From: Cyanophora paradoxa CCMP329
Lineage: Eukaryota; Plantae; Glaucophyta
Assembly: GCA_004431415.1 (NCBI GenBank)
Contig: QPMI01000421.1
Coordinates: 1 to 36,969, forward strand
Direction: 5' to 3'
Length of the DNA: 36,969 bases
Positions 24,201 to 33,847 of this stretch are shown one piece after another; positions within the stretch are counted from its first letter, which is position 1; each line of letters begins with the position of its first letter. Below the pieces are notes generated by a model that made no database searches, was not told where the DNA came from, and saw nothing but the letters and a program-made list of their open reading frames with translations. Position numbers and translations under genes: made by a program.

Positions 24201-27085
24201 CGCGCCGGCCCCCGGCGGCAGCTCCTCCCCCTCGGGCCTGGGCCTGCTCAGAGGCGCCTCCGCCTCCGCCTCCGCCTCCGCCTCCGCCTCCTCCTCCTCC
24301 GCCGCCCGGGGCCGCTCCCGCGTGCTCCTCCACGAGCCGAACACGGTCCTCCTGCTCCGCCTGCGCTCCGGCCTCGCCGCCGCCGGCCACTCCGTCGTCC
24401 CGTGCCCCTCCCTCGACGCCGCCCTCGACGCGGCCCGCCGCGCCCCCGCGCCCTCCGCCATCGTCGCGAGGGCGTCGGTCCTCCCGCCCTCCGCCGCGCC
24501 GCCGAGCAGGCCGCCGGGGCCGGGGCGAGCCGCCCCTCTGCGTCGCCCTCGTACCCTCGACCGGTGGGGCGAGCGCGCCGAGCTCGGCGCCGATGTGGTG
24601 CTCCCCGTCGGCTGCTCCCCCGCAGCCGCCGCGCGCGCCCTCGAGCGCGTGCTCCCCGCGGCGGCGGCCGGCGCCGGCGCGGGGGCGGCGGCGGAGGACG
24701 AGGAGCGGGCGGGGCGGGTCTCCGCCTTCCGGCTGCTGAGCCGGCACCTGCTCGGGCGGCCCTCGCGCGGCCTTGGCGTACCCCCCGAGGACGACCTCCC
24801 CGACCTCTTCCAAGTCTTCGTCGTGCGTCCGCGCCTGTACCCCCCCCCTCTGCAGCTTCGTTCCTTCGTCAATGCGCGTACTTTCCCCCCTCCAGGAGCC
24901 CGGCCCCTCTGAGCAGCCCTCGAAGGCGGCGCGGCGCCCGCGCCCGCGCCCGCGTCGGCCGTCGCGTCGTCGTCGGCGGCGGCCGCCTCGTCGGCGGTGG
25001 CGGCGGGCCGCAGCGGCTCGCCCGTGCCGATCGGCGTGTCCCCCGCGGCGCTCGCCCGGGCGGTCCGCGGCGTCCGCTCGAACTCGTTCTCCAACTCGCC
25101 CACCAACGCCCCCGGCGGCGGCGCCGTTGCCGGCTCGGGCTTCGGGCAAGGCCCCGGGGGCGCCTTCGGGCCGCCCCCTGCGACGGCAGAGGAGGCGGCG
25201 GCGGCCGTCGCGGCCGTCGCGGCGAGCGCGGCCTCCACGGGCGGGGCCTACGGCTTCGTCGGGCACGGCACGTGCGTCTACGAGGAGAACTACGGGGCGG
25301 AGGGCAAGGCGAGGAGCTCCCCGCCCTCCTCGCGAGCCCCTGCCTCCCGCCTCATCGAAGCCTATGCTCAGGTGACGACGGACGAGCACGGGCGGCCCGT
25401 CCTTCCGCAGCGCTTCATCAAGGTGCCCCGGGCCCGCCGCCCTTGAGAGCCGCCCGCCCTCGAGGCCGCTTGGCTGCGGTCGGTCACGGCTGTCGCTGCT
25501 CGTTCCGCTTGTCGCGAGACTGCCTTTCTTCTTCCTCCCCGTACGCGTGCTTCTCGCGCCCGATCCCCCCGCGGCAGGTGGCGATCGAGTCGGCGAACGA
25601 GGACGCCCGCGTCGAGTGGATCGTGCGCCCCCCCCCCCCCCCCCCCCTCCCCCCCCCCTCCCGCCCTTCTCCTTCAAGGCCCCGCTGCGCATCCACGCCC
25701 TCTCCCCAGAGCCCGCGATGCTCACCTACACGCGCGCTCCGCCCTAGATCTCCGCCCGCCCCTCTCTCTGAGTCGCACCCTCACGCCCGTGCCGCGCCCC
25801 GCCCCGCTCGCGCGGCAGGCGCTGCTGCACGACGCGACGTTCGCCCGGACCGCGTCTGGTTCTTCGAGGCGCGCCCCGCCCCTCCCGGCCCGCCCCGCCC
25901 CGTTCTGCGCTGCTAGGATAGGGAAGGCCCCGCCCGGCTTGCACCTGCCTGCCGGCTAGGATAGAAAAGGCCGGCTATCCCCTCTTCCGGCCCGCCCCTC
26001 CCGCCCTTCCCGGCCGGCGCCTGCCGCCCACTCGGGCAAGAGAGATCCCGCCTGGAATTCGATCCCGCCCGGCCGCGGCCCGACCTCACGCCCTCCGCCC
26101 CGCCCCACAGGTCCACTGGCTCGTCTGCTCGGGCGTCGTCCGTGCGCCCCCCGCGCCCCGCGCGCCCCTCGGACTTCGCTCCGGCTGAGCGGCGGGGCGA
26201 CGTCGACCTCGCAGTGGAGGACTTCACGAAGTACCTCTACCGCAAGACGGCCGCCTTCGCCGTGCCTCTCGTCCAGGTCCCCATCGAGCGGGTCCGTGCA
26301 TCCGAGACCGTGCACGTGGCCTAGAGCGCCTCCACTGGCTTCTTCTCTGTCGGCTCGGCCTTCCGGTCGCCCGCTTTGATTTCGCCCCTGCCCCCGCGCC
26401 CCGCCCCGGCAGGAGCCGCACGCGTCGGACCCGTTTCACGAGGGCCTCTGGATGGGGACCGTCGCCCCCGCCCTCCGCGCCCCCCTCCACGAGGCCCTCC
26501 TCCACCGCTTCCAGGCCCGGCCCCGACCCCGCCCCCGCCCTCGCCGCCCTTCTGTTTGCGCGTCCACTAGTGCTTGGTCTGAGATCTCGCAGTTCGCGGT
26601 GGCCTCGGCCCGCCGGGCGGCTGGTCGGCCGAGGGCGGCGACCGGCGCGACGCTCCCGTGCGCCCGCGGCCGCTCCCCGCCGCCTGTCGCTGCGGCTTCG
26701 GCTTCTAACCGCTGCGGACGGGGCGCAGGAGGAGGGGCCGGCGAGCAGCGGGGCCGGCAGCCGCTGGCGCGCTACGTCCACAGGTCCGGCGCCGCATTCC
26801 TCCGCCTCGAGCGCAGCGGCCTCTTCTGGTGCGCAGCCGAAGAAGAGAGTTGCTGAGACTCGCTCTTTTGCTGAGGTGTACCGCAGGGTGTCGAACTTCT
26901 TGCCGCAGCCTGCGCTGCGGGCGGCGGGGCGGGCGCTGCAGGGACGCACGCGCAGCTGCGCGCCTTCCTGCTCGCCCTCGCCGCCGCCCGCGCCGCCGCA
27001 CTCGAGATCGCCGACGCCCTCCCCTGCTTCCCCTGAGCCCGGGCGGTCCGCCGCGAGCGCCCCTTCCCGCCCCGGCCAGTACTAG
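16060..27085 (+). CDS. DEPDC5: GATOR1/SEACIT subunit DEPDC5/Iml1 homologue, highly intron-rich
   Basis: Exons encode [49 protein letters not shown]...[26 protein letters not shown]...[60 protein letters not shown], and C-terminal domain motifs RVEW...VHWL...LVQVP and YVHRSG. The 3' end is approximate. Confidence 0.92.
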
Positions 27086-27382
27086 TACTAGTGCTTGGAT
27101 GATAATGTTTCTTCGTCTGCAGCGCTAGCTGCCTCCCACATCTTTAATTTCTACGGCCCATCATTGTCAATCTACATACACGGCTCGACTCCATTCTTAG
27201 AGCTGAGGCGATGGCATCGGGCAATCTCATTGCAGCCGCGTGATAGAAGGCCGGAAGGCCGGCGCGCCGGCGGGAGAAGAGGCAAGGGGGCGACTCGGCA
27301 AGGCGGAGGGCGCGGCGAAAAGGGCGTGGGGCGGGGCGCCCCGCAGCTCTGGCGTCAACGCGCGTCGTACGTATATATAAGT

Positions 27383-28949
27383 TCAGCGCCGGATCGCTGC
27401 GGCGCACGCCTCGAGCAGCGTCTCGACGCTGGCCGCTTTGCGCTTGTTCTGCACGGGGTACGGGATGGCCGTGCCCGCAAAGACGCCCCTCAGATCCTCC
27501 GGGATCTCCCCCGCTGGCGGAGCGGTCAGCCAGGCCTAGATCTAGAGCTAGGCGGGGGCTGGGGCGGGATGGCGGGGCGGACCGGAGGGGAAGGGGCAGG
27601 AGCTCTCGTCGTGGAGGAGGAGGATGGTCTTCTTGGCCCTGGCCGCGTGCCGGACCTCGCCCAGCGCGCCCGCGCTCTTCAGCACGTCTGCCCGGGCCGG
27701 GCCGGGGTCGACGTCAGAAGGGAAGCAACGTTAACGGAGCAGAGCATTTGAGAGGCAGGAGAGCGATCGATCGCGGGGGCGGGGGCGGACCCTGGGAGAT
27801 GACGAGGACGAAGTTCGCGGACGCGTCGATGGTCCGCTCGAGCCTGCGGGCCGGGGCGACGCGGCCGGTCAGCAGCGAGGCCAAAGGGCGCCCGCTGGAC
27901 GAGGCGAGGGCCGAGGCCGGGGCGGGGGCGCACTCGGGCAGCTCGGGGCGGGGGTCGCCGGCGGGGAGGAAGACGCGGAGGCCCGGGCGGGTCTGCTCCA
28001 GGTGCAGCTTCAGGGCGGGGGCGAGCTGGCCCGCGCTGGCGCCGTGCGAGAGGAACACGTCGTAGGCGTACTGCCCCCCCGGCCCATCGCCCCCTACAGA
28101 AGATCAGAACTCGAAAGATATCATCGAAGCAGGCTCGGCCCAAAATGGATGCGCGTACCAGAGGCGCAGGCCGAAGAGGACGAGGGCCCGGCTGCCGGCT
28201 GCAGCGAGGACTAGGGGTGAGGGGCCGCGGAAGCAACACAGAGCGGCGGGGCTCACGGCAGAACTGCCAGCGGCAGCGGGGGCGTTGGCGACGGCCAAGC
28301 CCCCTGCCTCATCGCCTGCCTCCCCCTCCCCCTCCCCCTCCTCCTCCTCCTCGCTGTAGTAGTCCATCGGGTTCTTCTCTGTGTTGAGGCAGCGGAGCTT
28401 CGGGAGCCGCATGACCTCCTTCGGCAGCTCCTCCAGCTCGTTGGCGTACAGGTCCAGCTCCTCGAGGCTCGCGAGCCGCCCCAGCGCCCGCGGCACCGAG
28501 CGCAGCCCGTTCCGCGCCAGGTCAAGCTTCCTCAGGTTCGCGAGCTGCCCGATCTCCCGCAGCGCCGAGCTCTCCAGCCAGTTGTCGCTCAACTCTAGCT
28601 CCCGCAGGCTGGAAAGGCGCCCGATCTCCCTCGGAAGCCTCCTCAGCTCGTTGCCCCACAACGAGAGCCTCTCCAGGTTCGTCAGCTTCGCGAGCTCCGC
28701 CCCGGGGATGTGCTGGAGCTTGTTCCGGCTGAGGTCCAGCACGCGGATGTTCTTGGGTCCCACCTGCTCGATCACGGCTGTCGGCCACGCCGTCAGCCCT
28801 CGCTTGACATGTTCAGCTCCGTCTCGGTGGGATTCCAGTATTTCCACCGGGCCTGCATGCGGAGTTGTCAATTGTAATTATGCATAAACCAGCCGGAAAC
28901 CCCGTAGTGAATGAAGGGAACAAGGCAGAACTCACATCTATGGTGGCGC
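27383..28949 (-). CDS. LRR - acidic linker - TIR domain protein (spliced)
   Basis: About six 23-aa LRRs (LxxLxLxxNxLxxLPxEIGxL), an EEEEEGEGEGE linker, then in-frame GT-AG spliced exons giving YDVFLSHGASAGQLAPALKLHLEQTRPGLRVFL...ELERTIDASANFVLVISQDVLKSAGALGEVRHAARAKKTILLLHDE...PEDLRGVFAGTAIPY (TIR_2-like). No ATG found in this span; both ends are uncertain. Confidence 0.82.
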
Positions 28950-28999
28950 CTGCAGGCGGCAGCTGCGGTTTGCAATAAGAATCGTGAGGCCTAGGGTAC

Positions 29000-29548
29000 G
29001 TGAAAAAACACGGCGTGATCACCGACGCGTTCGAGGCGGCGAGGGATCGGAGAAGGCAATCAGATCTTTGCGCGCATAGTTGGGCAGGCCTGTGAATGGG
29101 TTGCTGCTCTCTCGTATCCACCTCAGGCTTGCAATGCGGCCAAGCTCCGCCGGAAGAGTCAACAGCTTGCCGCCAAGGACGTGCAACTCCTCCAAGTTTG
29201 CCAGGCGCCCGATTTCCGACGGCAGTTCTGTAATCTCGAGATAGTCCAGGTTTTAGAATTTTTAGCTTGCGAGCTGCCCCATCTCCGGTTGCAGTGCTGT
29301 CAGCTTGTTTGTCCCATCGAGAGTTCCACCAGGTTTGCAAGCTGCCAAATCTCAAGCGGCAGCACCGTCAGCTCGTTGCTGCTGATGTCGAGCTTCTTCA
29401 GGTGCAAGAGCCGCCCGATCTCCCGTGGCAGCGTCGCCAGCTTGTTTCTGCGCACGTAGAAGATCTGCAGATTCACAAGCTGGCCGATCTCCGCTGGTAG
29501 AGCCGTCAACTCGTTGTCATAAATGTAGAGCTGCTCCAGGCTCGCTCG
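29000..29548 (-). pseudogene. Frameshifted LRR block, truncated at its 5' side (upstream exon of the LRR-TIR gene or a paralogous fragment)
   Basis: LEQLYIYDNELTALPAEIGQLVNLQIFYVRRNKLATLPREIGRL... continues across several single-base shifts (NKLTALQPEMGQLAS; LDYLEITELPSEIGRLANLEELHV...SNPFT). LRR register is lost abruptly at ~29550. Confidence 0.75.
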
Positions 29549-29922
29549 CATGGGGTAGCCCCACCAATTGCGCGACCTTCCCGCAACCATTTTCAATAAG
29601 CACATTTTCAGCATCACGAATCTCAGTCACAAAATCACAAATTCGCACTGAGCCACATTGTATTTTTCAAACATCTAACCCTTCCTTACTGAAACCAATC
29701 ACGAAACCCTTTCATTCTTCATTTTTCTAATTCCTTACCATTCCCAGTAAGCCCTTTAACTTTCCCCGATCTCTCAGTAAGGACAGTAAGACCCTCATTT
29801 TTACGAAATGTTCCCGATCGTTTCCGGACTGTTTTCAGTTACCCAAATTGAAAATCAAGGTGAGCCCCACCAATTAAACAAGTGATCCCCACTTAAAGAC
29901 TTCCAGTTAATATACTGTAACA

Positions 29923-30245
29923 ATGGCAAGCAATCAAGTAAATCTACCTGAGACTAAGCGGTGCAATGTTTGCGATAAGGTAAAACCGGCATCGAGTTAT
30001 GCATTGCAAAAGCGTAGCTCAGGAATGTTACTTTAAATTGGAGATGCAAAGTCTGCGACCGAGACTATCACAATTACCTTTATCATTTCGTGTTAAAAAC
30101 GCGTCCGAAAATCGAAGTGCAATCGAAGATATGCTCGCACTGCAAGATTGAGAAGCTTGCAAGTGAGTTTAATAAAAGACAAAGAACGAAGGATGGTCTC
30201 AACTATCAATGCCGAGAGTGTTATAGCAAAACTCGTAAGAGTTAA
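29923..30245 (+). pseudogene. Small double zinc-ribbon protein with one frameshift (absent from the ORF track)
   Basis: MASNQVNLPETKRCNVCDKVKPASSY..., then a -1 shift near 30028 into LNWRCKVCDRDY...SKICSHCKIEKLASEFNKRQRTKDGLNYQCRECYSKTRKS*. Two KxCxxC...CxxC modules of the type seen in viral endonuclease-associated zinc fingers. Confidence 0.7.
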
Positions 30246-30646
30246 ACCGAATTTCATTTTATATTTTTTAAAGCGAGTATGTGCATGAGCAAGCATGCCG
30301 AAAATGCCCACCTGCACAAACTCGCGACTTCAATCGAAATGTTCCATTTAATGCACTGGAACCACTCGCGCCCCGCCCACTATGCAAGATACATGCAAAC
30401 TACATGCGAGTTATATGAAAAATAAAAAATTCAGTCATGTATATATTTCGTATATATGTCCGAACCTCCGTGTATGTGATCCCGCGCAACTTTGAATTTT
30501 TGTGTTTTTTATGTTTTTTTCGCATATGACGACATATACATATATATACCGGCGTCACCGACATATTCGGGGTCATCACATCGCGGAGATTCCGAAAACA
30601 TATAGCATGCGATAGCGTAGTATTTTAACGTGGTCTGATCGGAATG

Positions 30647-31080
30647 TGATAAATCAGCTGATAGGGCTGATCGTAGTGTGATAAATCAGCTGATCGCCAT
30701 CTGATAAATCAGCTGATAGGGCTGATCGTAGTGTGATAAATCAGCTGATAGGGCTGATCGTAGTGTGATAAATCAGCTGATCGCCATCTGATAAATCAGC
30801 TGATAGGGCTGATCGTAGTGTGATAAATCAGCTGATCGCCATCTGATAAATCAGCTGATAGGGCTGATCGTAGTGTGATAAATCAGCTGATAGGGCTGAT
30901 CGTAGTGTGATAAATCAGCTGATCGCCATCTGATAAATCAGCTGATAGGGCTGATCGTAGTGTGATAAATCAGCTGATCGCCATCTGATAAATCAGCTGA
31001 TAGGGCTGATCGTAGTGTGATAAATCAGCTGATAGGGCTGATCGTAGTGTGATAAATCAGCTGATCGCCATCTGATAAAT
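30647..31080. repeat. Two-monomer higher-order tandem array (ABAAB)x3
   Basis: Core TGATAAATCAGCTGAT followed by AGGGCTGATCGTAGTG (A, 32 bp) or CGCCATC (B, 23 bp). Fifteen units span 30647-31072, forming three exact 142-bp super-units. Confidence 0.95.
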
Positions 31081-31099
31081 CGTGATGTGATCGCAGGGA

Positions 31100-31277
31100 G
31101 ATAGTATAGCGGGATAGTATAACCCCAGGGGTGATAGTATAGCCGGATAGTATAACCACGGGCGATAGTATAGCGGGATAGTATAACCCCAGGGGGCGAT
31201 AGTATAGCCGGATAGTATAACCCCGGGCGATAGTATAGCGGGATAGTATAACCCCATAGCCGGATAGTATATAGTAT
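31100..31277. repeat. GATAGTATA-based tandem array, about five units of 31-34 bp
   Basis: Units GATAGTATAGC(G/C)GGATAGTATAACC...GGG(C/T), with GCGG and GCCG variants alternating. Confidence 0.92.
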
Positions 31278-31693
31278 CACCAGGCATAATAGCCGCCGGT
31301 ATTTATTTACCGGAACACCGGCGATCGCGACTTCGCGGAGACCCCCTTCCGTTTTTCCCGCATAACTTTGGACAGGAAGCCGATCTCGGCGCGCTCTCAA
31401 TTGCTACGTGCTCGTAACTTGCTTCCGGGCACGATGGTGCTACTTTGACTAGCTTACGCAACCGTGACGCGAAACCCCAGTTCGCCAACGGCACAAGTGC
31501 CCGAAAACCGAGGTGTCCGCTACATTCTGAGCGCCGGCGCGCGTTCCCCTGAGGCTCCACTAGTCATACTTTGCATCCGTGTGCGTATAGAGTAGTTCTA
31601 CGCTAATACAAAGCGGCGCGGTCAGATTCGCAAAGGGCGCGATTTGGCGGCTACGAAACCACATAGCTCACAAAAATATCGACTTAAATAATA

Positions 31694-32085
31694 ATGGATT
31701 CCAAATACCGCGGCTACCACGTTATGCTCGACTATATAACCGACCCGTTCACCGAGTCCCGGAGGCATGCGCCGAGTGGATCACAGCGAACCTATCGCAA
31801 TATATCACAGATCGCAATATGCGCATCGTGCACCAGCACACATGCATTTTCGATGGCTCTATTTCCCCTCCCGGTTTCGCGATTGGCTTTCTATTAGATG
31901 AGTCGCATGCCACAGCTCACTCTTATAGCGACCAGGGGCTATTAGCGATCGATATCTTTACATGCGGCTCAAATGCCGAAGCGAAGACAATGGGTATAGC
32001 ACAGGACATTAACGAACTCATACAAGAAAGGCTGAAAGTTCGAAAGTGGGACTTACAGGTCGAGCAAAGGTTCCCAATTTCATAA
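31694..32085 (+). CDS. speD: S-adenosylmethionine decarboxylase proenzyme homologue, short prokaryotic/viral (SpeD/SpeH-like) type; one -1 frameshift near 31760
   Basis: Joined translation MDSKYRGYHVMLDY...EACAEWIT...SPPGFAIGFLLDESHATAHSYSDQGLLAIDIFTCGS...RFPIS (~130 aa) has the N-terminal GxH...D, the ES-H pyruvoyl self-cleavage motif, and DxFTCG. Confidence 0.88.
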
Positions 32086-32110
32086 AAAATGAAAAAAGCG
32101 ACATATACAT

Positions 32111-32422
32111 TTAATGTTCCTTGATCGGAAACTTGCCCATTAGCGGGTGATCGAGACCCATGACATACCAGGATTTCATAACGGGATCCCAGCGGGCTCT
32201 CTCAGCCTTCGCTTGATCCTTAAATTCATAAGGAATATCGAGGTAAACCTTCACGTTTCTTTGATACACTTGCTCATAGCTTAGAGTTTTGAACTGAGAG
32301 CATAGGGGGTGATCTTTCTTCGTGACATACCAGCATGAATTCTCACGATCCCACTTTCCACCGAGGATTTCGCAACGTCTTTTTATCAAACGGAATATCA
32401 ATAAATGCTTTTCACCCTCCAT
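32111..32422 (-). CDS. Small protein with two tandem DUF5710-like repeats
   Basis: ILGGKWDRENSCWYV and VYLDIPYEFKDQAKAERARWDPVMKSWYV match the remembered YLxVPyxEKDxAKxxGARWDxxxKxWY pattern; each is followed by DHPL. The start of the first copy may be frameshifted. Confidence 0.75.
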   Translation of the reverse strand: MEGEKHLLIFRLIKRRCEILGGKWDRENSCWYVTKKDHPLCSQFKTLSYEQVYQRNVKVYLDIPYEFKDQAKAERARWDPVMKSWYVMGLDHPLMGKFPIKEH

Positions 32423-32668
32423 CTCTTTTATATTTACCGGAGAAAATAATTTCGGGGTTGTTATGAACGAGATGACCGAAGAATGCGCGTAGTAGGGGCT
32501 GTGTAGCTTGCGCTCTGATTCTTGAATGATTTATACCACCGCTGACTGTTTACCTCTGAGAGCTTCTCGGTTCCCGCAATCGTTAATTTAGCGAGCTCCC
32601 TCAGCGCCCTCTTTGTCTTTTCTGCGCGATCTTCCAATAAAGCCCCTTCGGAACACTTGCGGCGACAT

Positions 32669-33839
32669 CTATGCCTTCTTTTTGAACCTGCCGATCGAAG
32701 CTGCCTCTACATCAGCCGCTAAAATAGCGTTGCCTGATGGCTCGACCACAGCTTCGACCTCTGTAATGATCTGCAATTCGTGCGGCTTAAAAAGCTTCGG
32801 CATTACGTTCCCCGCTGCATCTTGCACCTCTATCGCGTTTCCTCTCCTTCCCGCAATTTTGTAGACCTCTCGGCTATACCTTTGGGTCGCTCCTTTATCA
32901 AACTTTGATCTCGGCAATAATACACGGACGTGGAGACCGGCTTAAAGTCGCTGAATATATCCTTTACGATTGTGTTCTTCTTTGAAATAATAGCCGCTCG
33001 GATCCGCTCCATATCAGAAAGCTTAACATCTGCGGGTTTCATTCCTATGGTTCTGTGAATGGTGTTATTATAATTGAAAACGAAGTCGTCCAATTTGTCC
33101 ATGAATCGAACTGTATTATAAGCGACACAGTAATTGTTTATCATCGTTTTTAAGGTCAAATGAAAGCGATTCATTATTCCCAGAGAAGTGTGATCTCCGA
33201 CCTGTTTAAAGCGGTGCTCTATTCCATTATTTTTTACGACCTCCTGAAACTCCTTCGCAATGAATTCCGAACCGTTATCTGTCTCCATCGAATCATCGGA
33301 GCCGGGAGCTCTGTGAGCATCTCCGCAAAAGCGGCGGCAACACTTGCGCCCTCCTTATTCTTTAACTTCTTGGCATATGCTTTTCGGCTTGTCATCTCGA
33401 TGAGAGTAAGGACTGCAATGTAGCCGGAATTATAGCTGCCATATGAGAGATAAAAGATGAGATCGGCTTGGTAGCACCACGGCGGGGCTGTGATGGGAAT
33501 AAAAGCGGTTTGGGTCGGTGCGGGGGGCTTCTTGTTGATCTGCATAAATTCTTGTTTCGCTGCGACATCTTGCACTTCTTTCAGTGTGAGGGTCTTGTCC
33601 TCTTTTCTCAGCTCTTCGTACAATGCCGATGGGTTCTTAAAACCTGTTTTTGGGTCATACATGCGGCGCACGATCTTAGAGGACGGGTTAGCAATGCTAA
33701 AAGGAACATCTCCTAATAAATTTGATTTTGCTTGGCGTTTTGTGATTTTTTGGGGGACTTGCTCAGTTTCAGGAACCGCGATAGGTAGTATGGTGGTCTC
33801 TGTCTCCTCGCCCGCTACCCTTCTAACGATCCGTGACAT
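32669..33839 (-). CDS. Polinton-type retroviral-like (rve) integrase, split by frameshifts
   Basis: YDPKTGF..., CYQADLIF...LTLIEMTSRKAY, ETDNGSEF, GIMNRFHLTLK, YNNTIHRTIGMKP and SH3-like FDKGATQRYSREVYKI...FKPHELQ, spread over three overlapping frames (33839-33234, 33288-32830, 32917-32669). Confidence 0.9.
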
Positions 33840-33847
33840 TCTTCTAA

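Noticed and set aside
30647-31277. CRISPR-like array (palindromic repeat with intervening sequences)
   Set aside because: The linkers are only two invariant sequences of 7 and 16 bp rather than unique spacers; no cas genes; eukaryotic context.
30993-31400. ORFs with YYPAILS/GYTIPLYY repeats
   Set aside because: These are translations of the GATAGTATA DNA array; there is no independent coding evidence.
31750-31770. Programmed, polyamine-regulated frameshift in AdoMetDC (antizyme-like)
   Set aside because: The needed shift is -1, there is no UCC-UGA site or slippery heptamer, and similar indels affect neighbouring genes.
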